From assembly GCA_900128395.1 (NCBI GenBank), contig LT649235.1, positions 62,001 to 89,958 of the forward strand: DNA of 27,958 bases, written 5' to 3'. The DNA comes from Stramenopiles sp. TOSAG23-2 (taxonomy: Eukaryota). How positions within the stretch are numbered: position 1 is the stretch's first letter; each line of letters begins with the position of its first letter. The notes beneath the pieces are model-generated. The model did not search any database and had not been told where the DNA came from. It was given only the letters and a program-made list of their open reading frames with translations. Shown in pieces: positions 1-10,591 of the stretch. The translations under genes were made by a program, and so were the position numbers.

Positions 1-155
1 AGGCTTAATAATTGATTTATGATTTATTATCTTAGGTAATATTAATTGATATTTATACTAATAGTATACGAATACCACCACTTGCCCGCCAATCTAGAAA
101 TATATTTAAATCAAAACAAAGAAGTAGTATTAGTACATACTATGAACATACATAA

Positions 156-671
<516 letters not shown>

Positions 672-685
672 GTGCTTTGCTCTTA

Positions 686-701
686 TTGAATTTTCATTCA
701 A
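686..701 (+). promoter_or_regulatory. Candidate degenerate histone 3' stem-loop
   Basis: TTGAAT-TTTC-ATTCAA: 6-bp stem, UUUC loop closed by U-A, 14 nt after the H3 stop. Lacks the canonical GG..CC base pairs. Confidence 0.25.
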
Positions 702-1468
702 GAATGCAACGTTAATGGTTTATTAAAATCGTTAACACAAAACAAAAAACAAAAAAAAACCAAAAAGGTATTATTAAATACCGCAAACTGTAAAAGTTAA
801 AGAATTCAAAATGTAGTTGTACAAAAAAAGACCTCCTTTCCTTGCCAAAGAAACAAAACAATATGTGAAAAACATATTTTGATCGATGGTGGTAGTATAC
901 ATATAATATACACACACACACAGGCTCCTTCCTCTGTTTCTTCTCCTGTTTTAAAAACGTTCCCTACGAATGTATGTCTGTCAATATGGTATAATACATT
1001 ATATATCTGTATATATTTTACCTCTCTTGTTATCTATCTTCTCGCCATATAATCCATGTATACGCTAAAGATGTATTACTATATTTTATATTTATTATAG
1101 TTAGAATAGTGTAATATAATGTAGTACATCTGCTATTATAATTGAAACATCTAGCCTTCTAGGCTTGCTAGTATACTAATTTTATTTACTCCGGGTTCTC
1201 CATTATCCATCAGCACATCATTATGGTAGGCCAGTATAGGCCTGCTGCCTGCTGGGCATATAGACGGTGAAGAATGAAAGCTGGAAAGAAGAATGGCATC
1301 AATGAGGTGATATTTAAAATAAATTTTAAATTGAATTGCACGCAAATATGTGCATATTGATAATCTTTTCTATCATACACATATATATATAGAAATAAAC
1401 TACGTGTATGTGTGGGTATATACGCGCATATCCCTAGTCATTCTGTATAGATATACCGACAAATAAAA

Positions 1469-4291
1469 ATGGCATCAATCAATAATGATGAAGTGGATAT
1501 TGCACCTTTACCATCTGCTATACAACAGTCATCTTTGCCAATAAAACGTTTGTCAAAAGACGTAGTAGACCGTATTGCAGCGGGTGAAATTATACATAAA
1601 CCATCCTCAGCGTTGAAAGAAATGTTAGAAAATAGCGTTGATGCTGGCTCGACGTCGGTATCTGTCTCTTGTAAAGATGGTGGTATTAAATTGCTACAAG
1701 TAACAGACAATGGCAAAGGTATACGTAAATCAGATTTAGGGATAGTATGTGAACGGCATACTACAAGTAAAATTCAAAAATTCGAAGATTTAACAACAGT
1801 AACAACATACGGTTTTCGTGGCGAAGCACTCGCTAGTATAAGCATGGTTGCTAATGTAACAATTATAACTAAAACGGAAGATGCTGATTGCGCATATAAA
1901 ACAACATATGCAGATAGTAAAATAGTAAATGTACCACAACCATGTGCAGGTGTTAAAGGTACGACAATTATGGTAAAAGATTTATTTTATAACGTACCAA
2001 CACGCTTAAGAACATTGAAATCTAGCAACGAGGAATACCGTACCGTTTTAGGCGTAGTTAGTAAATATGCAATACACTATGGTGACAATGGCGTTGGTTT
2101 TACATGTAAAAATTTAAATGCATCAAATAGAAATAAAATGGCAGATGTACATACAACGTCCAAAAATTCTTCATTGGACAATATACGATCTATATATGGC
2201 AGTAAAGTTGCGAAGGAGTTATTAAATTTTGATATTGAAGAAACATTAGACCCATTATCAACAACGCGAGCATCTGCTACTACTACTATTATGGCTAATA
2301 CGGGATTTAAATTTAAAGCGAAAGGGTACATATCCAATGCAAATTGGAGCAGCAAAACTGGGAATTTTATTTTATTTATAAACCATCGCCTAGTTGAACA
2401 CCCACCATTAAAAAGAGCTATTAATTCTGTTTATACAGAATATTTACCACGACATGGCAAACCATTTATCTATTTATCATTAGAGTTACCACCACATGAA
2501 GTCGATGTTAATGTACACCCAACAAAAAAAGAAGTTATATTTAGTCGTAGCGATGAAATAGTTGGCGATATTTGTATTAGTTTACGCGAAAAGTTGAAAG
2601 GTGGAAATCAATCCAGGGTTTTTCAGACCATGAATCCATCTACCATGTTTGCCCCTGTATCGACTTCGTCGTCCTCGTCCTCTTCTACTAGTAGTAAATC
2701 TAAGAATTCGACGATTGGTACTAAAAAAAATTCATCTGCATCAACAATATCAAATAGTGCATCTTTATCTACTACTAATAATATGACATCAAAGCAAGGA
2801 AATACGAAAGAAAACCACCCGAATAGCAAAATTGGATCAACTGCATCTTCTATTCGAAAAAATGACCCATCGGATGATTCTGATTTTGCGACATCATTAG
2901 AATCTTTTAAACGTAAATCTAACTTTTTAACGCGAAGCATTAGTAGTAGTAGTAGTAGCAGGAGCAGCAGCAGTGACGGTAGTAGTGCTGGAAATGGCGC
3001 GTTTATTATGCCATTGTCGAAACCTAAAAAAAAACCTAAGGCTTATGATCCAAAGCGTTTAAATCGCACAGATTATTCTAATCCATCTGGTAGATTAGAC
3101 AATTTTTTGACCAAGACGAAAAAAAATGTAAAGAAAATAAATGAAAATAATAATAATAATACTAATGCAATACCGGGCACGAAGAACAATGATAAACGCA
3201 AACACGATGAAATAAATTCAACAATAACTACTACAACAACAACTACTACTAGGACAACGGCCACAAATGCAATGACTATGGCAAATGATCAATCTTTGCA
3301 ATCACGAAATTTAAATTTTATAACAAAAACGTATCCTCATCCAAACAATGTTAAACGAAAAAAACGAAGAAAGAACAATGATGTTAGTAATAACAATAGC
3401 AGCAACAATAATAGTTCCTATTCCTCCGCTGACGGTGATTCTGATGATAGCGATTCGGATGAGTTGACTTCGATTTTAAATATGAGAAAAGATATAGAAT
3501 TAGAATATCATAAAGGTCTTGCCACAGTATTAAAGAAACATGTATTTGTAGGTATTGTAGATAATGATTATTCATTGATACAATATGAAACAAAATTATT
3601 TATGCTAAATCATACAGTATTAGCTGAAGAATATTTTTATCAAACCGTCATTTATAATTTTAGTCATTTTTATAAATTAAAAATACCTAGTAAACCAAAT
3701 ATAAAAGATTTAATATCTATCGGTTTAGATATGAATGATATGAAAGTAGTCACGATGACGCAAGAAGGAAACATTCCAAAGCATAAACGCGTTGAAACAG
3801 CAGTTTCTAAATTGATGAGCCATAATAGAAGGGCAATGTTGGAAGATTATTTTTCAATTGAAATTGATGATGAAGGTTGTTTATGTATGCTACCCGATTT
3901 ATTACCAGGATATGTACCATTAGAAATGGCCTTGCCAGTATTTGTTGCAAGTCTTGGCACAAGAGTAGATTTTAATGATGAACGCACCTGTTTTGAAGAT
4001 GTTGCACAATGTCTTGCTCGGTATTTTTGTTCCTTACCATTTAAAAAAGAAGCAAAAGGAAATGGCAGTGGTAGCAGTGATGGAAATGCAACAAATTCAA
4101 AACGAAATAATAATAATAATAATAATGAAGAAGATGATAACGATGATAGAAAAACATTAAAATGGTTTATTCAACATATATTATTGCCATCATGTCGTTC
4201 AAGATATTATCCACGGAGAGAATTTGCTACAGATGGTACAATTTTACAAATTGCTGCATTAGAAGATTTGTATCGCCAATTTGAACGTTGA
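1469..4291 (+). CDS. MLH1: DNA mismatch repair protein MLH1 (940 aa)
   Basis: GHKL ATPase motifs (RIAAGEII, KEMLENSVDAG, DNGKGI, RHTTSK, TYGFRGEALASIS), VDVNVHPTKKEV, long S/N/T linker, and Mlh1 C-terminal domain (ELTSI...HVFVGIVD...MLEDYFSIEID...DLYRQFER). Confidence 0.97.
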   Translation: MASINNDEVDIAPLPSAIQQSSLPIKRLSKDVVDRIAAGEIIHKPSSALKEMLENSVDAGSTSVSVSCKDGGIKLLQVTDNGKGIRKSDLGIVCERHTTSKIQKFEDLTTVTTYGFRGEALASISMVANVTIITKTEDADCAYKTTYADSKIVNVPQPCAGVKGTTIMVKDLFYNVPTRLRTLKSSNEEYRTVLGVVSKYAIHYGDNGVGFTCKNLNASNRNKMADVHTTSKNSSLDNIRSIYGSKVAKELLNFDIEETLDPLSTTRASATTTIMANTGFKFKAKGYISNANWSSKTGNFILFINHRLVEHPPLKRAINSVYTEYLPRHGKPFIYLSLELPPHEVDVNVHPTKKEVIFSRSDEIVGDICISLREKLKGGNQSRVFQTMNPSTMFAPVSTSSSSSSSTSSKSKNSTIGTKKNSSASTISNSASLSTTNNMTSKQGNTKENHPNSKIGSTASSIRKNDPSDDSDFATSLESFKRKSNFLTRSISSSSSSRSSSSDGSSAGNGAFIMPLSKPKKKPKAYDPKRLNRTDYSNPSGRLDNFLTKTKKNVKKINENNNNNTNAIPGTKNNDKRKHDEINSTITTTTTTTTRTTATNAMTMANDQSLQSRNLNFITKTYPHPNNVKRKKRRKNNDVSNNNSSNNNSSYSSADGDSDDSDSDELTSILNMRKDIELEYHKGLATVLKKHVFVGIVDNDYSLIQYETKLFMLNHTVLAEEYFYQTVIYNFSHFYKLKIPSKPNIKDLISIGLDMNDMKVVTMTQEGNIPKHKRVETAVSKLMSHNRRAMLEDYFSIEIDDEGCLCMLPDLLPGYVPLEMALPVFVASLGTRVDFNDERTCFEDVAQCLARYFCSLPFKKEAKGNGSGSSDGNATNSKRNNNNNNNEEDDNDDRKTLKWFIQHILLPSCRSRYYPRREFATDGTILQIAALEDLYRQFER

Positions 4292-4701
4292 TTACATGTG
4301 AATTGGTATATCTTTTTGGGGATACATGTGTAACTATAGACTTTTGTATATATATATATATATACATGCTATCTCATATTCGTATTATAAAATTATGCGT
4401 AAATTAAATATATTAATAATAGAAGGGACAACTGATATTATCCGGCGGCACTCAGCTATGATATGTGATATCATATCATATCATACGATAGAGATAATAT
4501 GACATACTGATATCATATGTGTGTGTAAAAATATTTTACGTGGACACCACATTTTAGGCACATTTGGTGTTTTTATGTGTGTGTGTGTATAGATGTAATG
4601 GTACGCATTTTATTTAAGTAGTATAAATATTATAATATATCTTACAACACACAAAGGTGTACAAACTATTTTTTTTATATACGTATTTTAAAACAATACA
4701 T

Positions 4702-5268
4702 CTATACTTTGAAACCTCTTGAACGCCTTCTTCCTCTTGCTTTTTCAAATTTACGTCCTTGACTACGTACTCTTGGACGTTTGTGTGCACCTTTCTCTCC
4801 CATACCAAAGTATCTGAAATTTTTACGTGCCTTTAAGCGACCACGCAAAAGTACGGTGTTGTTTCCTTTTGGTTCTCTTAATGCCAGTTGATCAAAGGTA
4901 AGACATTCACCACCTGCTTTTAAGATGCGTGCACGTGCACCTTCAGTAAAAGTTAATGCACATACAGTCAATTTTGGTACGTTAATTAAACGTGCATCAT
5001 CTGTAACTTTTCCAACTACAACAGCAATTTTACCTTTTTTAGCATCACCTCTCATGTAACGTGCTACGCGAGCAAGGCCAATTGGCGGTCTGTTGTTTCC
5101 ACTCATAAACATACGTTTCAATACGATTGCATTGAATTTAGAATCTGTACGTCTGGAAAGAAAACGATATAATTTAACCAATAATTTTTGGTAAACATTA
5201 TCGCTAGCTGGTGCGCTACGACGTTTACCATTAACATTACGGCCACCTGCAACAATATCAATACCCAT
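4702..5268 (-). CDS. RPL18: 60S ribosomal protein L18 (eL18)
   Basis: MGIDI...[18 protein letters not shown]...[12 protein letters not shown]...[16 protein letters not shown] is typical eL18. Confidence 0.98.
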   Translation of the reverse strand: MGIDIVAGGRNVNGKRRSAPASDNVYQKLLVKLYRFLSRRTDSKFNAIVLKRMFMSGNNRPPIGLARVARYMRGDAKKGKIAVVVGKVTDDARLINVPKLTVCALTFTEGARARILKAGGECLTFDQLALREPKGNNTVLLRGRLKARKNFRYFGMGEKGAHKRPRVRSQGRKFEKARGRRRSRGFKV

Positions 5269-5686
5269 CTTGTTTCTTTACTTAAAATATATAATATATA
5301 TGTATTTAAAAATGTCCTGAAAACTCTTACTATATAGTATTTTATATATATATGTATAAATGTTCTGTATCACTGAAGATGTCTATCTGTCTGTATATTA
5401 TAAATATATATATATATCTATTTCGTGTAAATATATTAATTGCAATACTGTGTAATGTTATTTCTATTATATTAAAGATTGCTAAAATACAATTTATCAA
5501 TAGTGTGTATTGTTATTTTTGAGAATTTTTTGGAAAGAGTTGGATGTGGAAATCACTGGCCATGACATATTCTCCAGCCTGTGTCTATAGTATTTATTGT
5601 TTATCGGTATTCCACCTGTTGTACCTTACTATATTATAACATAGAAATAGTATTGTATATGGAAATACCAGGCCAGTAGCACCAAA

Positions 5687-5893
5687 GGAAAGCCACAAAA
5701 GCCTTTGATGGAAAGCTGATGGAAAGCCTGGAAAGCCTGTGGAAAGCCTGTGGAAAGCCTGGAAAGCCTGTCGTCTGCTGTGCTGCTGTGTGTGTGGGTG
5801 GGAACACAAGAACGCTGGAACGCTGGAACGCAGGAAAGCCTGTGTTGTGCTGTTGTGTGTGATGTGATCATGGTGTGGGAAGCCAGAAAGCCT
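5687..5893 (+). repeat. GGAAAGCCT(GT)/GGAACGCT minisatellite in divergent promoter
   Basis: Exact GGAAAGCCT at 5721, 5730, 5741, 5752, 5761 and 5833, several degenerate copies, and a GAACGC(TG) triplet at about 5810-5831. Confidence 0.9.
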
Positions 5894-6142
5894 ATAATAC
5901 TGTGATCAGTACTTGTACAGTATACTATAGATCTACCAAATGTACTTAGTACTCGCTCTGGTGGTCTTTTTTTTTATTTTTTTATTATTATTATTAGATT
6001 CTATTATTAATTGAATTAATAATTGTAGTACTGTAGACTTTTGAAAGGATAGATGAATCGAACAATCAATCAACAAATATAAATACATAGAAAGAGAAAC
6101 ATCCAGTACATACAAAGGTATACAACTATACATTGATAAGAT

Positions 6143-6396
6143 CATTGATAAATATAATATACCAAATATATACATAAAAATGATAAGAAATACGTTAAAA
6201 ACAATAACAAGAAATGGTTTAATTTATAGGAAGAATAATCATCATATTTATAATCATAATAATAATAGTCATTGATAAATATAATATACCAAATATATAC
6301 ATAAAAATGATAAGAAATACGTTAAAAACAATAACAAGAAATGGTTTAATTTATAGGAAGAATAATCATCATATTTATAATCATAATAATAATAGT
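6143..6396. repeat. Exact 127-bp tandem duplication covering the mitochondrial L21 start
   Basis: 6143-6269 is identical to 6270-6396; the ATG is duplicated at 6180 and 6307. Confidence 0.95.
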
Positions 6397-6846
6397 TGTA
6401 GAAATATAAAATTTTTGTTAAATACATCATCATCATCATTATCATATTCATCATCTCCATCGCCTTTTTCTGTAGTAGAGCACAAAATTCATGTTGAAAA
6501 TTCTCAACCTGATGCACCACATTCATTTGCTGTTATAAAAATGAGTGGGACACAGTATAAGGTAACAATTGATGATGTCATTACAACACATAAAATAAAA
6601 GATGTGAAAGTAGGAGAACAAATGGAAATTAATGACGTTTTATTAATAGGTACAAAGGATCAAACAATTGTCGGCCGGCCTTTAATACCAAATGCAAAAG
6701 TCATTGCAACTGTTGAAGAGCAAACAAGAGATAAGAAATTGATTGTATTTAAAAAGAAGAAAAGGAAAGGATACAAGAAGAAGCAAGGACATAGAAGTTA
6801 TATAACAGTATTGCGAATTAATGATATTGTTAATGATAATGAATAA
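6307..6846 (+). CDS. MRPL21: Mitochondrial ribosomal protein L21 (bL21m) with presequence
   Basis: bL21 domain FAVIKMSGTQYKV...VLLIGTKDQTIVGRPLI...VFKKKKRKGYKKKQGHR; N-terminal extension is R/K/S/N-rich and lacks acidic residues. Confidence 0.9.
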   Translation: MIRNTLKTITRNGLIYRKNNHHIYNHNNNSCRNIKFLLNTSSSSLSYSSSPSPFSVVEHKIHVENSQPDAPHSFAVIKMSGTQYKVTIDDVITTHKIKDVKVGEQMEINDVLLIGTKDQTIVGRPLIPNAKVIATVEEQTRDKKLIVFKKKKRKGYKKKQGHRSYITVLRINDIVNDNE

Positions 6847-6919
6847 AAACGTGGTATGATGTGATGAACACACACACACATTTTTTTCCAGATATATATT
6901 ATGATGTGGAGATGAAAGC

Positions 6920-6988
6920 TCAGAGAGAGAGACCCTACAGCAAAACTAAGCGCGCACCCCCCGACATTTTGATTTTTTAAATATATAC

Positions 6989-7024
<36 letters not shown>

Positions 7025-7143
7025 GTATATATTTAAAAAATCAAAATGTCGGGGGGTGCGCGCTTAGTTTTGCTGTAGGGTCTCTCTCTCTGAAGCAAAA
7101 CTAAGCGCGCACCCCCCGACATTTTGATTTTTTAAATATATAC

Positions 7144-7191
<48 letters not shown>
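6920..7191. repeat. Perfect 174-bp palindrome centred on (TA)n plus a third direct copy
   Basis: 6920-7006 is the exact reverse complement of 7007-7093; from 7094 the sequence repeats 6939 onward into another (TA)n tract. Confidence 0.95.
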
Positions 7192-7197
<6 letters not shown>

Positions 7198-7446
7198 ATG
7201 ATGGTTAAAATATAGTGTTATATAAAATAGTTTTACCATATCCTATGTATCATATCATACTCATTGCACTTTAAACTGTGTATGCAAGAAGGATCATGAT
7301 ATACTCTACCACGGTACGATGTATCACACACCTTTGAACATTACACGGTTTTCAATTGATGCATATAATGTGTTAATTGCATCTATTTACCTCCACCAAT
7401 ATTTTTATATCTTAAAAATATTGGCACCACACTCTGTGGATTTCAA

Positions 7447-7567
7447 TGAACTCTATCGCAATGTTACGATTCATTGTCCATCTTTCAGTTTAGTGCAATA
7501 GATATAAAAAATTCTCTTTGAACTCTATCGCAATGTTACGATTCATTGTCCATCTTTCAGTTTAGTG
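7447..7567. repeat. 49-bp direct repeat with a 23-bp spacer
   Basis: TGAACTCTATCGCAATGTTACGATTCATTGTCCATCTTTCAGTTTAGTG at 7447-7495 and 7519-7567. Confidence 0.9.
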
Positions 7568-7641
7568 AGATAGATTTGTCTCAGTCATTGTATTCTTTCT
7601 GGAGAGTAGGAATTATCATGAGTAAATTAAAAAATAAGTTA
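7568..7641 (-). repeat. Dispersed intergenic element, homologous to 13555-13666, 13990-14105 and weakly 22358-22475
   Basis: Reverse complement ACTTATTTTTTAATTTACTCATGATAATTCCTACTCTCCAGAAAGAATACAATGACTGAGACAAATCTATCT aligns in collinear blocks to the other loci. Confidence 0.8.
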
Positions 7642-7704
7642 AATTGCATATATGTACTCTATCTCACGAAATATAGAGTCAAGATCCTAAAGCTCTAATG
7701 CACG

Positions 7705-8301
7705 TCACAATTCACTGCCATTAGAAAAACCAAAATTTCTATCAAATGAAAAAAATGATTGAATTAAAAATAACATTGAAATAATTAAAATAAGACGAGT
7801 GACATAAGATTTTTCCCACATCCATATAATTATACGCACCGACATGGATGTTTTACAAACATCTATATACCTTCGCCAACAAGTTGGTAGTTTTGTTGGA
7901 TCTGCTTTTTGTAATATTTCTCCATTTGTTCCAACATATGGATAGGCTTTGCCATTGGGCAAATAGGCATCGAGGTCAAAAAAAGATTGTATCTCGAGAC
8001 ACGATGCTTTCGTTACCATATTATTTACATCATTTATGTTTCCATATTTAAAATTCTTATCAAAAATTGCCTTCTTTAATGTAAGAGCATGTTTCTTCTT
8101 GTCTAGCCTAATATCGTTGTAATAAACTTTTAAATGTACAAATGGTATATTATATGCTTGAAAGATACGTACTAATAATTCAGCAATTGTATCGTTAGAA
8201 TTTATCAGAATTTTACGAAATGGTTTTTTCTTCTCAATCTCATTTTTATGAGTTACATATACAAACATATTCTCCGTTGAGGAGGATGGAATAGACGACA
8301 T
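7705..8301 (-). CDS. Hypothetical membrane protein with ubiquitin-like N-terminus and C-terminal TM helix
   Basis: 198-aa ORF. MFVYV...ILINSNDTIAELLVRIFQAYNIP...LKVYYNDIRLD fits a beta-grasp/ubiquitin pattern; hydrophobic LILIISMLFLIQSFF near the C-terminus. Confidence 0.7.
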   Translation of the reverse strand: MSSIPSSSTENMFVYVTHKNEIEKKKPFRKILINSNDTIAELLVRIFQAYNIPFVHLKVYYNDIRLDKKKHALTLKKAIFDKNFKYGNINDVNNMVTKASCLEIQSFFDLDAYLPNGKAYPYVGTNGEILQKADPTKLPTCWRRYIDVCKTSMSVRIIIWMWEKSYVTRLILIISMLFLIQSFFSFDRNFGFSNGSEL

Positions 8302-8662
8302 GCCACTAAATTTATTATACTTTTGACGTATATGTATATAATATACGTATATTATATATATATATGTATTATATTTAGATTATATATTTTTATTATTCTA
8401 TTTTATATATACAATTATTTCTGGTATTTATTTAGTATAAGATTTACTTTTACTCTCTCCACTTACTAGGTATTTCTGGTATTTATATTTTTTTTTATTT
8501 TTAAATATGTATCTCAAGATCTCAAGAAAAAGAGGAGGAGGGTGCGAGCAGAGTTTAGTATATATCTATAGACACACACACGCGTGCTAAAATATACGTA
8601 CGACGCGAGTATAAACTGTAATATTTTTGCAAAAAGATTAAAATTTAATATATTATAAAAAA

Positions 8663-10591
8663 CTAAATCTCTTCAGGTGCTATTTCGGATATTGGCATAT
8701 TAACAACGGCAACTATCATTGGTACACTGCCTTTCATAGTTGTTAAAATAATGTGTATTTCCCCAGCACCACCATTCTCATCAATGCATTCAACATCAAA
8801 TACACGATGATACAATAAACCTGGTATTAACAATGGTACTATTTGCAATGCATCATTCACTTTGTATAATCGTGTATCAAAATGCGCTACTAATGGCGCG
8901 TGCATGATGGTCTCTTTTCCAGTATTTTGTATATCAACAATTAAACGGAAATTAGGTCCTAATCCTTGTACACGAACGTTTATACGAACATTTGTTGCTG
9001 ACATTGCTGTACTCATCACTGGTCCATCATTATCAGCCATACCACTTGATGCTCCTTCTGCCCCTAAAATTTTAACATATGCTCTAGCAGTCGTTAAACG
9101 CAATTTACATAAATCACGTTGAAATGCTCTATGCATTGCTACTGCTTGTTCTCGCTCGCGTTGTGTTTGATCAACGTACATTTTAGTACGTTTAGGGACA
9201 TTTAAAGGCATGTCCTGCTCTGGTGGTGCACCCGGTTTCCCTCCACCTTCCAATGATCCCATACGAGATAAAAATTTGACGTGCAATGAGCCACCTTGTG
9301 TAGCTATTAAAAATGCACTTGGCTCCCTACCATATGAACCGAATTTCATAGCCCTAACACGACCATCAACTTTGAACAAAGAGACTTGATTTTTACCATT
9401 ATAAACACGCACTTCACCGATTTCTAATGCGACTGCGTAGCATTCAGTTACTCGATCGCGCCTAACAGTAACGGCTTCAAGGTTTGTAATAGGACATGGC
9501 ATATATAAGCTAAAATCTTTTTTCCCTTTACGACGATATACATGTATGGTATTATCCATGCAAGCAACACATATTTTATAAGTTTCAATATTATTTTTTT
9601 CCAAACATATTACATCGACTGGTTGAGCTTCTAATTCAATTTTTTTACCACTCAATTCACCTTTCATTGAAGATGAGCCTTTCATTTGATATATATTTCC
9701 ATCCCTGCATGCAGCGACGATTCGATAACCGACATCATATGTTCCTACTATCGCCATTTTTGTCGGTACGCTTGGCAATTTACATTGGGCTTGAATGCTT
9801 TTGCCTGCTGGATCTAAAATCAAAATAGTCTTTGCTTCAGTTCCTATTACTAAGCTACCTACTGCATCCGCTTCATCAAATTCCTTATTCAATGTTTTCA
9901 TACATGTTACAACAGTCTGTTGTTTCAATGGCAAATTTCTAGAAAGTTTCACAAATTCAGCTCTCTCTTCTTGTTTCGATAATGATAATAAATAATGAGA
10001 ACGTGATGTTAACGGCACTCCTTTATCTCGAGCTTCTGCCAATTTTTGTACAGCTATGTCATGATTTATACTACTTTTACCTTTCTTCTTCTTCTTTTTC
10101 TTCTTTTTCTTCTTATCGTATTCATCATCATCATCATCATCATCGTCATCCTCTCCTTCTTCATCCTCCTCATCTTCCTCATCATTTTTTTTACCTTGTT
10201 TCTTTATATCATCCCATATCAATTTCTCAGTTTCATGTATATCTACCGACGGCAAAGTAAATTTAAAATATGGCCTTAAATTACGGTAACAATAAACAAA
10301 AGATCCAGTTGCAACTGCTAGTGTTGGTATTCGTGGTCTATGTATATCTGGGTAAAATGCGCATAAAGCGACTGGAAGACCTAATAATGCATGATCAGAA
10401 ACAAGTGCTGTACCTTTAAAAACTCTTAACCGCATGTCGGAGTCTGCAGTAATAAGGCAGTTATCTCCGTCCCCAGCTAAGTTTGCAAGTTCTATGGTAG
10501 AACTATGACATTTAATTTGTGCAACTGGATCATACAATGCAGATATCCATGGATCTTTTTTCTTTTTACTTTTATTATTATTGTTCGCCAT
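8663..10591 (-). CDS. BBS1: Bardet-Biedl syndrome 1 protein (BBSome subunit)
   Basis: WISALYDPVA, YRNLRPYFKFTLP, LVIGTE, FGSYGRE, LNVPKRTKMYVDQTQREREQAVAMHRAFQRDL, VQGLGPNF and VVNMPISE are BBS1 hallmarks. Confidence 0.97.
   Translation of the reverse strand: MANNNNKSKKKKDPWISALYDPVAQIKCHSSTIELANLAGDGDNCLITADSDMRLRVFKGTALVSDHALLGLPVALCAFYPDIHRPRIPTLAVATGSFVYCYRNLRPYFKFTLPSVDIHETEKLIWDDIKKQGKKNDEEDEEDEEGEDDDDDDDDDEYDKKKKKKKKKKKGKSSINHDIAVQKLAEARDKGVPLTSRSHYLLSLSKQEERAEFVKLSRNLPLKQQTVVTCMKTLNKEFDEADAVGSLVIGTEAKTILILDPAGKSIQAQCKLPSVPTKMAIVGTYDVGYRIVAACRDGNIYQMKGSSSMKGELSGKKIELEAQPVDVICLEKNNIETYKICVACMDNTIHVYRRKGKKDFSLYMPCPITNLEAVTVRRDRVTECYAVALEIGEVRVYNGKNQVSLFKVDGRVRAMKFGSYGREPSAFLIATQGGSLHVKFLSRMGSLEGGGKPGAPPEQDMPLNVPKRTKMYVDQTQREREQAVAMHRAFQRDLCKLRLTTARAYVKILGAEGASSGMADNDGPVMSTAMSATNVRINVRVQGLGPNFRLIVDIQNTGKETIMHAPLVAHFDTRLYKVNDALQIVPLLIPGLLYHRVFDVECIDENGGAGEIHIILTTMKGSVPMIVAVVNMPISEIAPEEI

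Noticed and set aside
805..1065. Possible small spliced gene on the minus strand (GT..AG at about 1021-964)
   Set aside because: No in-frame start or recognisable product; the frame runs through a (TG)n tract.
4289..4291. Genome-wide UGA-to-Cys reassignment
   Set aside because: TGA also ends the ORFs at 7705, 14237, 18822 and 24585, and no in-frame TGA interrupts any conserved gene here, including the Cys-rich RBR domains.
4292..4620. SECIS element for MLH1
   Set aside because: RTGA..GA candidates (4298, 4458, 4499) lack a proper helix II and apical AA; the first is also too close to the UGA.
5594..5871. ORFs over the GGAAAGCCT array
   Set aside because: Translations of a minisatellite.
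7447..7567. CRISPR-like repeat-spacer-repeat
   Set aside because: Only two copies, eukaryotic context, no cas genes.
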